A stretch of DNA of 64,000 nt from Candidatus Bathyarchaeota archaeon (GCA_963707955.1 OY970176.1:928001-992000), one strand, 5' to 3'; positions 40,090 through 50,313 are shown, numbered from the stretch's first letter. Notes: generated from the letters alone by a model not told the origin. Numbers and translations: made by a program.

Positions 40090-40446
40090 ATGAAGATTCG
40101 AGCTATGAGGGTTGAAGACGTCGAGACAGTCGCAAGAATGGATTCTCTCGACCATAACCGCGACGCGGAGAAGGGTTACATGGAGGCGAAAGAGCACACT
40201 CTGGACCATTTAGAAATCGTACCGGAGCATTGTTACGTTGTCGAAGAAGACAGAGGCAGCGTTATAGCAGCAATGGTTCTGCATCCACGGAAAGAAGTCT
40301 TCGAAATCGAAGATTTTCATGTGAAAGATATTCAAAAGAACAAAGACGCCTTAGCATTGCTCAAGAAAAAATTGGCAGAGTACCTTGAGAGAGTTGAAAC
40401 AGAGATTCTGTGCTGCCCATACGCCATCAGAAGACTCATAGAATAA
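40090..40446 (+). CDS. hypothetical protein, truncated GNAT-like
   Basis: GGAGGTGA RBS; MKIRAMRVED...CYVVEE. Confidence 0.65.
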   Translation: MKIRAMRVEDVETVARMDSLDHNRDAEKGYMEAKEHTLDHLEIVPEHCYVVEEDRGSVIAAMVLHPRKEVFEIEDFHVKDIQKNKDALALLKKKLAEYLERVETEILCCPYAIRRLIE

Positions 40447-40853
40447 GCACAGCCAATGCTGAAACGAGAAAATATTCACCCCTTCATTTTCTTTCTGGTG
40501 CGAGCCTTGCAGGAACGCAAAACAGCTAAACTTCGTATTTTTCATCCGTTATTGTCAAAATTGAGTTCTTTCCCTCTTCTCTGACAATGCTCCAGATCAG
40601 CCCATAAGCTCATTTTCTAACGAAAACTGATTTTCGGAGAGTTCCTTCTGACTTGAACTTTGTCTCTATGTTTTCTATTGCTGAAAGTTCGGAGCAAGAT
40701 CTTTTGTCCTCCATCCGGCTGCGACGATGTGGAGTTCGCCCAAACAAGGAGCACGATCAGAACGCAAGGCACGAAATGCTGGCGAGACACCTGCTCAGAC
40801 TGCGAGAAATCTTATAAGACGGTAGCAAAGAAGTTGAAGGAGCAGGGAAACAA

Positions 40854-41348
40854 ATGAAACTGAACTATGTTGGCATCGTTGGTGCAATATTAGCTTTTGT
40901 CAGCATCGCACTGCCATGGTGGACAGAGTCTGTGTTTGGGTTCAACTACGACCTGAAGTTGTTTGACCAAGGAACTTTTTCAACATTCAACTACTGGTAT
41001 GGCTGGCTGGCTCTCCTGCTTGTCGTCATAGGCGGAATATTAGGATTAGCGGGCAGCGTAATGTCAAACGGAAAGAAGATAGTAATGGGGGGCGGCATAC
41101 TCGCATTGATTGCAATAATAATCTTTCCAATAGGCTTACAAACAGACCTAATGCGTTTGAACGCTCCATTCGGCATATTCTTCAACGGCACCATATCCAG
41201 CATCAGCGTTTCAACGTATCTTTCCTATGGCTTCTGGTTGGCACTCGTTGCGGCAATCATCATGCTCGTAGCCATGCGTTATCCGAAACCCACCGCTCAG
41301 GCACCATCCCCGCCACCATCCCAGCCACCGCCAACCACGGGAACGTAG
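40854..41348 (+). CDS. four-TM membrane protein with Pro-rich tail
   Basis: LPWW...GFWLAL motif; PSPPPSQPPP tail. Confidence 0.8.
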   Translation: MKLNYVGIVGAILAFVSIALPWWTESVFGFNYDLKLFDQGTFSTFNYWYGWLALLLVVIGGILGLAGSVMSNGKKIVMGGGILALIAIIIFPIGLQTDLMRLNAPFGIFFNGTISSISVSTYLSYGFWLALVAAIIMLVAMRYPKPTAQAPSPPPSQPPPTTGT

Positions 41349-41423
41349 GAATTCGCAGACATGAACTGACTCGTCGCAACTAATCAATCCCACTTTTTTC
41401 ATGCACTTACACGAAGAGGACAC

Positions 41424-41464
41424 GCTGAACGTGGGTTTGTTCATTGGAAAGTTTTATCCCAAAC
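41424..41464 (-). repeat. degenerate short dispersed repeat, copy 2
   Basis: Reverse complement GTTTGGGATAAAACTTTCCAATGAACAAACCCACGTTCAGC. Confidence 0.5.
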
Positions 41465-41787
41465 CTAATCTCGCGTTATTTGTTCAACCAGATGAGCTTG
41501 CAAGAGCACAGCTGAGCTTCTAACACTCGAATCAGCCCGCTGATTCATAACGCGGACGAACATCAACTTCGCTCACTATTTTTCTTGCCCGGGGAAATTC
41601 CACGATTCTAGGCTTCTATTGCATTGTCTCTCATTCCATAGGAACCATGCTAATAGCGCAACTTCTTCACAAATCAGCGTTTGAATCTATCGAATTTTTC
41701 CACAAGTTCTTCAAAATTCAATCTCCTTTGAAACGTATTCGTTCAGGCCTCCGATCAATCAGCGTGAGGAAGAAAGGGTGAGAGTGG

Positions 41788-41971
41788 AGCGCATTGAAAA
41801 GTTACTACCCTTGCCGCGACTCTCTGCCGAGCGCTCTGCACCCGGTCGGCCTTGAGACTGCGCTTAGCCACTAGGCCCTTCACCAAGGCTCACGTGCAGT
41901 ACTAGTACCCTAGGGGGGAGGGGGAGGGTGGAATAGACGGGGTAAAACGCGAATACAGGGATGTAGCGTAT
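41788..41971 (+). repeat. 184-bp dispersed element, copy 1
   Basis: Aligns end to end with the reverse complement of 54330-54513; core 41896-41971 differs by one substitution and one indel. Confidence 0.92.
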
Positions 41972-42144
41972 GTTCCGATTCTCGCTATCATGAGTTATGA
42001 ATAATGCTTGTTCAAGGAAAGAGGAACAGAAAGGGATTAATGCACGCTTGAACAAGTGTTGTGCGGTGTCTGAAGTGAGGAATAGCGTTCTCTGTTCATA
42101 AGAACAAAACCTTTAATACTGAACATCCCAACTCAGACAGTTTC

Positions 42145-45064
42145 ATGGAATTTTCGAGAAAAATCGAAGAGAAATGGCAGAAGAAATGGGAGAAAGCCAA
42201 GATCTTCGAAGCAGACCCAGACCCGTCCAAGCCAAAGTACTATGTAACCGTGGCTTATCCGTACCCAAACAGTCCGCAGCACATCGGCCACGGAAGAACG
42301 TACACGCTCGCAGATGTGCACGCGCGGTACATGCGCATGCGCGGCTACAACGTCCTCCTGCCCATGGCCTTTCACTACACGGGCACGCCTGTCCTGGCGA
42401 TGGCTAAACGGCTCGCAGACAACGACAAGGGCCTTATCAGCGACTTCGTCAACGTCTACAAGATCCCCAGAGAAAAGCTGAAAGACCTATCTGACCCGAT
42501 GGCGATGGCCCGCTACTTTCACCAGGAAATCAAGAGGGGAATGAAAGAGATAGGCTACTCAATCGACTGGAGACGCGAGTTCACAACCATAGACCCGCAC
42601 TACAACCGCTTCATCGAGTGGCAGTTCCAAAAACTCCGCGAGGGCGGCTACATAAGCCGCGGGAGCCACCCCGTCGGTCTGGTGTCCCAGAGACGGAAAC
42701 CCAGTGGGCCAGCACGACACGGTCGGCGACGTGGAACCGGAAATAGGCGAATTCACACTGATAAAGTTCAGACAAGACAGCCTAGTTTATCCGGCAGCCA
42801 CACTGCGCCCCGAAACGGTCTTCGGCGTCACAAACATCTGGCTCAACCCCAAGAGCATGTATGTGAGAGCCAACGTTGACGGCGAACAGTGGATAATCAG
42901 CCAAGAAAGCGTGGAAAAACTTGTTCACCTCAGTCGAAAGGTCAAGGTCATAGCAACCGTCGAAGGAAAAGAGCTTATAGGAAAGCACGTTGAAAACCCA
43001 GCCACCAACGCTAGAATCCCGATACTGCCAGCCGACTTCGTCGACCCAAAGAACGCCACCGGCGTAGTCATGTCGGTTCCAGCGCACGCCCCATACGACT
43101 ACGTCGCCCTAGAAAGCATCAGAAGGACACCAAACAAACTCAAAGACTTCGGAATACCACCCCAAACCATAGACTCAGTCAAACCCATCGGAATGATCGA
43201 GGTTCCGGGCTACTCAGAGATACCCGCTGCAGACGCGGTCAGGAAGATGAAGATCCAAGAACAGACCGACCCGAAGCTCGAGGACGCAACGAAGGAAGTC
43301 TACAGACACGAGTTTCACAACGGCAGAATGAGACGAAACACCGGCAAATACTATGGCGCATCAGTGGCCGAAGCCAAGGACAGGGTGAAGAAAGACCTGA
43401 TCCAAGATGGCAAAGCCACAACCATGTACGAACTGCTGAACAGACCAGTCTTCTGCCGCTGCAAGACAGAGTGCATAGTCAAAATCTTCGAAGACCAATG
43501 GTTCATCGACTACGGAAAACCAGAGTGGAAAGCACTGGCGCACAAGAACCTCGACAAGATGGAGATACTGCCAGAAGAACTGCGCCAAGAGTTCAGCAAC
43601 GTGATCGACTGGCTGCACGAGAAAGCCTGTGCAAGAAAATCAGGCATGGGCACGCGGCTCCCATGGGACAAGGAATGGATAATCGAATCACTCTCCGACT
43701 CCACCATCTACATGGCATACTACACGATAGTCAAACACATCAAAGCAAACAGGATCCAGCCCGGCCAACTGACAGACGAAGTCTTCGACCACATCTTCCT
43801 CGGAAAAGGCGAAGCAAAGAAAATAGCTAAAAAAGTCAACTTAAACCCCAAAGTCTTAGAGCAGATGCGCAGCGAGTTCACCTACTTCTACCCATTAGAC
43901 AGCCGCCACTCAGGACGAGACCTGGTCCCCAACCACCTGACCTTCATGATATTCAACCACACCGCCATATTCCCCGAAGATCTCTGGCCACGCCAGATAG
44001 CAACCAACGGCAGCGTAATGATGGAAGGCGCAAAGATGAGCAAGTCCTTCGGAAACATAATCCCACTCAGGGAAGGCCTAAAGAAGTTCGGCGCAGACCC
44101 CATAAGGCTCAGCGTCATGTCAACCGCAGAACTGCTACAGGACGCCGACTTCAGCCCCACAATCGCCACGTCAATGCGCGACAGGATGGAACGCCTCTAC
44201 AAGTTTGTGTCAGAACTTATGAAGACTTCGAGAAAAAGAAAGACCACAAGCCAGCCGCTCACAGCCATAGACAGGTGGATGCTGAGCCGACTGCAGGAAC
44301 ACATCAAGAAAGCGACCGAAGCCATGGACAAACTCGCCGTGCGCAAAGCAATACACGGCGTCATGTACGGGTTGGACCAAGATTTCCAGTGGTACCAAAG
44401 ACGCACCGCACAACGCAGCGGAAAGAGAAAGCTCGCAATCGCGCACGTGCACCATCAGGTCACAGATGCGCAGGTCAGAATGCTAGCCCCAGTCGCTCCA
44501 CACGCATGCGAAGAACTGTGGGAGATGATGGGCGGCGAAGGCTTCGTTTCACTCAGCTCATGGCCAATTCCAGACGAGTCAAAAGTGGACATTCGAGCCG
44601 AGGAAAATGAGGCTCTCATCACGAGCGTATTGGAAGACACGTTGAACATCACAAAAGCAACAGGGGCAACACCGAAGAAAATATTCTACTACGTAGCAGC
44701 CCGCTGGAAGTGGCAAACCTGGCTAAAAGCCTTGGAAAAATCCGTCTCAGCAAAGATCGCACAGAAAGACCTGATGAAAGAGCTGATGGCAAACGCTGAA
44801 ATGAGAGCTAAGGCTGAAAAAGTGTCCAAATTCACTGCGCAAATCACAGATGACTTGAACAGGATGGCAGAGGAAAGAAAGAAAAGACTAGTGCAGATCA
44901 AACTAGTAGATGAAGCTCAAGCCTTGAAAGAAGCCAAGAACTTCTTCGAGAAAGAACTTAACGCGGAAGTATGCATCTATGACGAAGAGGACGCAGAACG
45001 CTACGACCCGAGGTCGAGGGCACAGGTCGCCAAGCCAGGTCGCCCAGCAATCTTCATAGAATAA
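42145..45064 (+). CDS. leuS: leucine--tRNA ligase, archaeal type (apparent 1-nt insertion at 42678)
   Basis: HIGH motif, HPVG[W]CP junction, LRPETVFG, GVVMSVPAHAPYD, KMSKS. Confidence 0.95.
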
Positions 45065-45102
45065 AATATATCAACCAAGCCCGTCTTTTTAGTTCCGAAA
45101 AT

Positions 45103-45213
45103 GGATCCGTAGCGCAGCATGGATACAGGTTACGCCATAAAGCGCGTCGGCCTTCTAAAGCCGAGGCTGAGGAAAGCCGAAAGTCCTGGGTTCAAATCCC
45201 AGCGGATCCGCCA
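45103..45213 (+). tRNA. tRNA-Arg(UCU) with two BHB introns (45125-45140 and 45158-45174) and encoded CCA
   Basis: Acceptor GGATCCG/CGGATCC, D-stem GCGC/GCGC, anticodon stem TCGGC/GCCGA around CT-TCT-AA, T arm CTGGG-TTCAAAT-CCCAG after intron removal. Confidence 0.92.
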
Positions 45214-45441
45214 ATCAAAACTCAGCGAATTTTGTCATAGTAGACGCTTTCTGTCAAATCATAATTGGATCACATATTGAAGGTTAGGAACAGGCACGCG
45301 CGGTGGCTGTTCTTCTTGTGAAAGCGGAAATTATAAATCAGTAGTGAAATAATAGAGTGTAGTTGCTTCAGCATTTGACTCATCTCTGTATAAGGGGGTA
45401 GGATTACGAGCACTCACGCAGAAGATTTAAAACTTCGCCTA

Positions 45442-46164
45442 ATGACGATCGAACTGCTTAGGACCGCGAAGTACAAGAGAAACATCACCTACCGCGAACT
45501 GGCCTCAAAAACCGGTTTGCCTGTCACCGTCCTAAGTAGATATGCAAAGGGACACGTCCTCCCTAACACCTCGAGGGCAAAGCAGCTGTGGAAGGTTCTC
45601 ACGAAACTCGTGGGCCTTGAAACCGAGCTTCGTAGCAGAATAAAGTTTGATGAAGAAGGATACTTCGACAACACGGAAATCATAGGCGATTTCAACATCA
45701 TCCAGCAGGCGGCAAACCATGCGCTCGCCAACTTTGCTGGAAAGCGAGTGACAAGAGTTCTCTCTGCAGCCGTGGACGGCATCCCGCTGGCAACAATGGT
45801 TGCCAACGCCCTCGGAGTCAATCTGGTGGTCGCGAAGCGAAGCAAGGAGGTCGGCGTCAAGGCCTTCCTTGAGGAAACATACGTTCTCATGAAGGGATCA
45901 GGCGTCACGAACACGCTTTACATTCCCAAAGAAGCTATCAGGAAGCGCGACAGCGTCCTGATCGTGGACGATATGATCAAGACGGGCGAAACGCAGGCCG
46001 CATTGGTGAACCTAGTTCGGAAAGCGAAAGCTGAGATGTCAGGAGTTTTCTTCCTCATAGCCGTCGGCGACGAGTGGAAGAAGACCCTCAAACTTTCAGG
46101 CGAATGCCCGATAGAAGTGATCACGTACGTCAAGCCGCCGTACGACCAGAGCACCCGGTACTAG
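45442..46164 (+). CDS. HTH plus phosphoribosyltransferase (PurR-like) regulator
   Basis: TYRELASKTGLPVTVLSRY HTH; VLIVDDMIKTGET PRPP loop; true start may lie about 36 nt upstream. Confidence 0.88.
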   Translation: MTIELLRTAKYKRNITYRELASKTGLPVTVLSRYAKGHVLPNTSRAKQLWKVLTKLVGLETELRSRIKFDEEGYFDNTEIIGDFNIIQQAANHALANFAGKRVTRVLSAAVDGIPLATMVANALGVNLVVAKRSKEVGVKAFLEETYVLMKGSGVTNTLYIPKEAIRKRDSVLIVDDMIKTGETQAALVNLVRKAKAEMSGVFFLIAVGDEWKKTLKLSGECPIEVITYVKPPYDQSTRY

Positions 46165-46854
46165 TTAGAGAAACTCGGAACTTTTCCCTTTTCTGAGATA
46201 ATCCTTGCCAAGTCTCAGCAGGGCAGTTTCGAAGTTGACGAAAGACTTTCCGGTGAGTTCGTTTCTCGCCCAGAAAACCTTCAGCTGCCTCAAAGCGTCT
46301 TTCGCAGTTGCCTCTTTCTTCACGATTCCAAGCCGTTTAGCTGCCTCGACGACCAGTGGCGTCGGGCTGGGATCAGCTTTCTGCCAAACTCCACGCAGTT
46401 CTCTCAGGAAAATGCTCACAGTTACGTCACCGATGCCCTTACCCAAGGCTTTCAGCCTCCTCTCCAAGTCGCGAGCATCAGACGCCTGAACGTGGATCAG
46501 GTTAAGGCTTCCCCGGTACGTTTCGGTCAGGTTTCGCATAACCTCCAGCAGTTTGTCTGCAGTCTTAAAGTCGTAGCGCGTGTAGCTTCCTTCGTCCAGG
46601 ATCTTGACAAGCCCATCCCAACCTCTGTCGAGTATCTTCTTGGGCGTCAAGGCATCATACTTTTCGAAGCACTCGTAGGTCTTGATGACAGAGGATTCTG
46701 TTATCGGCGCACCGAAAAGCAGAGACGCCAAGAACCACTTGAAAACCTCTCTATCGTTCTCCAGTGAGAGATTTATGTCTAAAGTTTCGGAGTATTTCTG
46801 CCCTAAGCTTTCAACAAGAGCATTGACACTTTCCTTTTTCATAAGGTTTTTCAC
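46165..46854 (-). CDS. HhH-GPD/endonuclease III-like protein lacking the Fe-S motif
   Basis: FKWFLASLLFGAPI, YTRYD.KTA, LGKGIGDVT.SIFLRE. Confidence 0.75.
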   Translation of the reverse strand: MKNLMKKESVNALVESLGQKYSETLDINLSLENDREVFKWFLASLLFGAPITESSVIKTYECFEKYDALTPKKILDRGWDGLVKILDEGSYTRYDFKTADKLLEVMRNLTETYRGSLNLIHVQASDARDLERRLKALGKGIGDVTVSIFLRELRGVWQKADPSPTPLVVEAAKRLGIVKKEATAKDALRQLKVFWARNELTGKSFVNFETALLRLGKDYLRKGKSSEFL

Positions 46855-46907
46855 CTATCAACAAGTCTTATACGGTCAAGCCATAAACGGTTTACGAGGA
46901 TGAAACT

Positions 46908-47927
46908 GTGCGGACCATAGAATGGCGCAAAGGAACGGTTGCAACGATAGACCAGACAAAGCTTCCAGACGAAGAAACGCGTATCATCATCAAGAACTGC
47001 GACGAAATGGCTGAAGCAATAAGGTCAATGAGAATAAGGGGTGCGCCGCTCCTAGGCGTTGCAGCCGCTTTTGCACTGGCCTTGACAGCTTTTGACTCGA
47101 AAGCAAAGAATAAAGAGGAATTGATTGGCGAGTTGGAGGAGGCAGCAGACACCATCAGACGAACAAGGCCGACTGCTGTCAACCTTTTCTGGGCCCTAGA
47201 TAGGATCCTGAGCAAGGCTAAAGCACTGCCTGGAAACCGTGATGCCCTAGCCGGCTTCGTGGTAGAGGAAGCAAAGAAGATAGCTGATGAGGACGCGGCG
47301 GCAAACCGCACGATTGGCAAGTACGGCGCGGAGCTTGTTCATGACGGAGACGTCATACTGACGCACTGCAACGCTGGGGCTTTGGCCACAGTCGAGTATG
47401 GCACTGCTCTCGGCGTTATTCGAGCAGCTTGGGAGCAGGGAAAACGCATCAAAGTGATCGCGGCTGAGACTCGTCCGCTCTTGCAGGGCGCACGACTGTC
47501 AGCTTATGAGCTTAAGAAAGAGGGTATACCGGTCACCTTGATCACCGACAACATGGTCGGATACCTTATGTATAAGAAGATGGTCAACGAGGTCTTGGTC
47601 GGCGCAGACAGGATAGTCAGAGACGCGGTAATCAACAAAGTTGGAACGTTCACAGTCGCTGTTCTGGCCAGAGAGCATAAGGTTCCCTTTTACGTTGCCG
47701 CACCAAGCTCAACGTTCGACCTTGTTCACACTTCAAGACAGGTTGTTATCGAGGAACGAAAGCCAGAGGAGGTCACCCACATAGGCTCAAAACGCATCAC
47801 CGTCGAGGGAGTAGACGTGCTAAACCCAGCTTTCGACATAACTCCACTCAAGTACGTGACAGCGATAATCAGTGAAAAAGGCATCTTACGACCGAAATAT
47901 TTCAGTGAACACAAAGCCAACCGCTAA
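46908..47927 (+). CDS. mtnA: S-methyl-5-thioribose-1-phosphate isomerase (eIF-2B alpha family)
   Basis: IDQTKLP, IRGAP, RPTAVNL, THCNAGALAT..YGTA, ETRP..QGARL, GADRI, NPAFD.TP. Confidence 0.88.
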   Translation: MRTIEWRKGTVATIDQTKLPDEETRIIIKNCDEMAEAIRSMRIRGAPLLGVAAAFALALTAFDSKAKNKEELIGELEEAADTIRRTRPTAVNLFWALDRILSKAKALPGNRDALAGFVVEEAKKIADEDAAANRTIGKYGAELVHDGDVILTHCNAGALATVEYGTALGVIRAAWEQGKRIKVIAAETRPLLQGARLSAYELKKEGIPVTLITDNMVGYLMYKKMVNEVLVGADRIVRDAVINKVGTFTVAVLAREHKVPFYVAAPSSTFDLVHTSRQVVIEERKPEEVTHIGSKRITVEGVDVLNPAFDITPLKYVTAIISEKGILRPKYFSEHKANR

Positions 47928-47955
47928 TAGGAAGATATCGATAACTTCATGATAG

Positions 47956-48525
47956 TTGTGGAATTGGATGAGCAAGAAAGAAAAGCTAACCAACAGCGGC
48001 TCAGAACTCAAGATTAATGGCTTACTCGTTGAAAATGGGGTTCGAGTCACTGAAAAGGAGTCCGTAGACGAACTCTCGTCAAGAGGTTACGGTGTAGTCG
48101 AGGGCAAAGAGCTGCTGCTCACCTTCTACGAGGCTCTCTACCTCTTGGACAAGCAGATGCTGGAAGCCCAGGATGAACAAGGTAAGAAGGTGAACTTTCA
48201 AAGTCTAGTGGAACTCTACGAGAGCCTCAACGAGAACGCTTGGGCAGGATACCTAGTTTACCGAGACCTGAGAAGCCGCGGATACGTGGTCCGAGAAGGA
48301 TTCGGTTCAAGAGTTGACTTCCGCGTCTACGACCGAGGAGACTACAGCAAGGCCACCGCAAAATATCTGATCATAAGCGTTCAAGAGGGAAAACCGACCT
48401 CGCTCGAAGACCTCACAAGCTCGTTGACAGAAAGCCTAAGTCTGAAGAAGGAGCTAGTTTTGGCCGTCATCAACCGCAGAGGAGAAACAGTTTATTATTC
48501 AGTCTCAGAATTGAACCTAAAATAA
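47956..48525 (+). CDS. endA: tRNA-splicing endonuclease subunit, probably the structural (beta) subunit
   Basis: LTFYEALYL, VYRDLRSRGYVV, DFRVY; catalytic His position appears absent (ATAKY). Confidence 0.8.
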   Translation: MWNWMSKKEKLTNSGSELKINGLLVENGVRVTEKESVDELSSRGYGVVEGKELLLTFYEALYLLDKQMLEAQDEQGKKVNFQSLVELYESLNENAWAGYLVYRDLRSRGYVVREGFGSRVDFRVYDRGDYSKATAKYLIISVQEGKPTSLEDLTSSLTESLSLKKELVLAVINRRGETVYYSVSELNLK

Positions 48526-48543
48526 TGCCGAGGAAAACAAGGA

Positions 48544-49833
48544 ATGCCTGAGTTCAAAACCCTCCGCGGAATGAGAGACCTCATGGCAGAAGATGCCAAA
48601 ATGATGATATACGTTGAAGACCAGGCCAGAAAAACAGCTCGACTTTACGGGTACAAAGAGATTATGACGCCAGTCGTAGAATCGTACGACCTTCTCGCAG
48701 CCAAAGCAGGCGACGAAGTCAGGTCTAGAATGTTTGCCTTCAAAGATCTGGGCGGGCGGGACGTCGCGCTGCGGCCCGAGTTCACGGCTTCAATAGCAAG
48801 ACTTGTCGCCACGACCATGAGGAACGAGCCTAAGCCGTTCAGACTCTTCTGCATGGGCACCGTGTACCGATACGATGAGCCGCAGCGCGGGCGGTACAGA
48901 GAGATCTGGCAGTCCAACTACGAACTCATAGGTTCAAGCAGACCTGAGGCAGACGCTGAAATAATCATGCTGACTGACGGTCTGATGCGGGAAGCTGGCC
49001 TTGAGAGGTTTGATGTGAAAGTCGGCCATGTTGGGGTCCTGAGAGGAATACTAGGCCAAGAAAGAGTGGGAGAAAGAGAGCAAAGCGCAATTATGCAGCT
49101 AATGGACAAAAAGGAGTATGATAACGCCCTGAAGCTGGTAGAAAGTGCCGGCGCCTCACCCAAATGCTTAGAGGTTCTGCGCCAACTGGTCGAATGTAGA
49201 GGAACTGACGTTACAGAGGTTGTGAACAAGACAGAAGAGCTTGTTAAAAACTACGAAAAGTCCGTGATAGCAGCGGAAAACCTGCGGGAAACTCTGAAGC
49301 TTGTCTCAGAGAGCGGATGCAAGATCAACGTGACCGTTGACGCAGGTTTCGCCCGCGGGCTCGAGTACTACACGGGAATGATCTTTGAAGTCTACGTGCC
49401 AAGCATTGACGTCGCCCTCGGAGGCGGCGGGAGATATGACAAGCTTGTCGAGCTGTTCGGAGGAGAACCGACACCGGCCGTAGGAATTGCCCATGGAATT
49501 GACCGCATAGTGCTTGCGATGAAGATGCAGAAGACTGTGCTGAGAACAGGAAATGAGAAGACTGTCATTGTCGTTCCAATTAAAGAAGAGTTGAGAGCTG
49601 AGGCCTTGAAGATTTCGCGGATGCTGAGAGATGCTGGTGTGCTGGTTGAGGTTGAAGTAATGGGACGAAGGATGGCCAAGGCGTTGGAGGATGCTGACAG
49701 AAGGAAAATTAATTATGCGATAATCGTTGGAGAAAGAGAGCTAAGTGAAGGAGCCGTCGTTGTTCGCGACTTGGCTAAGAGACAGCAGAGCACGGTGAAA
49801 GTTGAAAGAATAATAGACGTAATAAAGCGCTGA
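48544..49833 (+). CDS. hisS: histidine--tRNA ligase
   Basis: LRGMRD, LRPEFTASIAR, RYDEPQRGRYRE, RGLEYYTG, GGGRYD. Confidence 0.96.
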   Translation: MPEFKTLRGMRDLMAEDAKMMIYVEDQARKTARLYGYKEIMTPVVESYDLLAAKAGDEVRSRMFAFKDLGGRDVALRPEFTASIARLVATTMRNEPKPFRLFCMGTVYRYDEPQRGRYREIWQSNYELIGSSRPEADAEIIMLTDGLMREAGLERFDVKVGHVGVLRGILGQERVGEREQSAIMQLMDKKEYDNALKLVESAGASPKCLEVLRQLVECRGTDVTEVVNKTEELVKNYEKSVIAAENLRETLKLVSESGCKINVTVDAGFARGLEYYTGMIFEVYVPSIDVALGGGGRYDKLVELFGGEPTPAVGIAHGIDRIVLAMKMQKTVLRTGNEKTVIVVPIKEELRAEALKISRMLRDAGVLVEVEVMGRRMAKALEDADRRKINYAIIVGERELSEGAVVVRDLAKRQQSTVKVERIIDVIKR

Positions 49834-49839
49834 AGACTT

Positions 49840-50313
49840 CTAAAGCGTACGCGCTTCTCTCCTCAGGAAGTCGCCTATGTCTGAGATGTTCTTTATGACA
49901 ACACTCTCCTCTTCCCTGCCTAGGTCGGAGACTACTCTGCCGAAGCCCAGGCATTCACCATAACAGTTCAGCACTAGAACGTGATCACCCTTTCTCCCTA
50001 GGCCGATAACCTTCAATATTCCTGGTTTGAACACGTCTCTTCCGCAGATGAACAACCATTCCGTCTTCTTGTTGACGACAACTCTGTTTGCTTTCTTTTC
50101 TGCTATCATTCTTAACAGGTCAAAGCCGGGGAAGAATCTCCCATTCTTAACTTTCCCAAGGTACGTGCCAGCGTAGAAAAAGTCCTTCAAAGCCAACTTC
50201 TTCAAACTCGCGCTCAAGAGGAAATACCTGTCTCTATTCTTCACGATCAGACTCTCGTCTAGGCTTATGCTTGCTGCAAACAGACTGACAAAATCATCTA
50301 TTGGCTTTATCAT
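49840..50313 (-). CDS. NIP7/PUA-domain ribosome biogenesis protein
   Basis: GTYLGK, EWLFICGRDV, CLGFG, DIGDFLRRE; ATG at 50313 overlaps the upstream stop. Confidence 0.82.
   Translation of the reverse strand: MIKPIDDFVSLFAASISLDESLIVKNRDRYFLLSASLKKLALKDFFYAGTYLGKVKNGRFFPGFDLLRMIAEKKANRVVVNKKTEWLFICGRDVFKPGILKVIGLGRKGDHVLVLNCYGECLGFGRVVSDLGREEESVVIKNISDIGDFLRREARTL

Noticed and set aside
41912-41943. ORB/replication origin suggested by G-strings and GTGGAA
   Set aside because: Lacks the TTCCA..GAAA core, an AT-rich unwinding element and an adjacent cdc6/orc1 gene.
41864-42055. 63-aa ORF across the repeat core
   Set aside because: The frame is broken by an indel in the second copy and nothing upstream of the core is shared.
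42145-45064. Split LeuRS or programmed ribosomal frameshift in leuS
   Set aside because: No slippery heptamer at the junction; removing one base restores the conserved HPVGWCP, and the same context recurs in unrelated genes on either strand, so an artefact is more likely.
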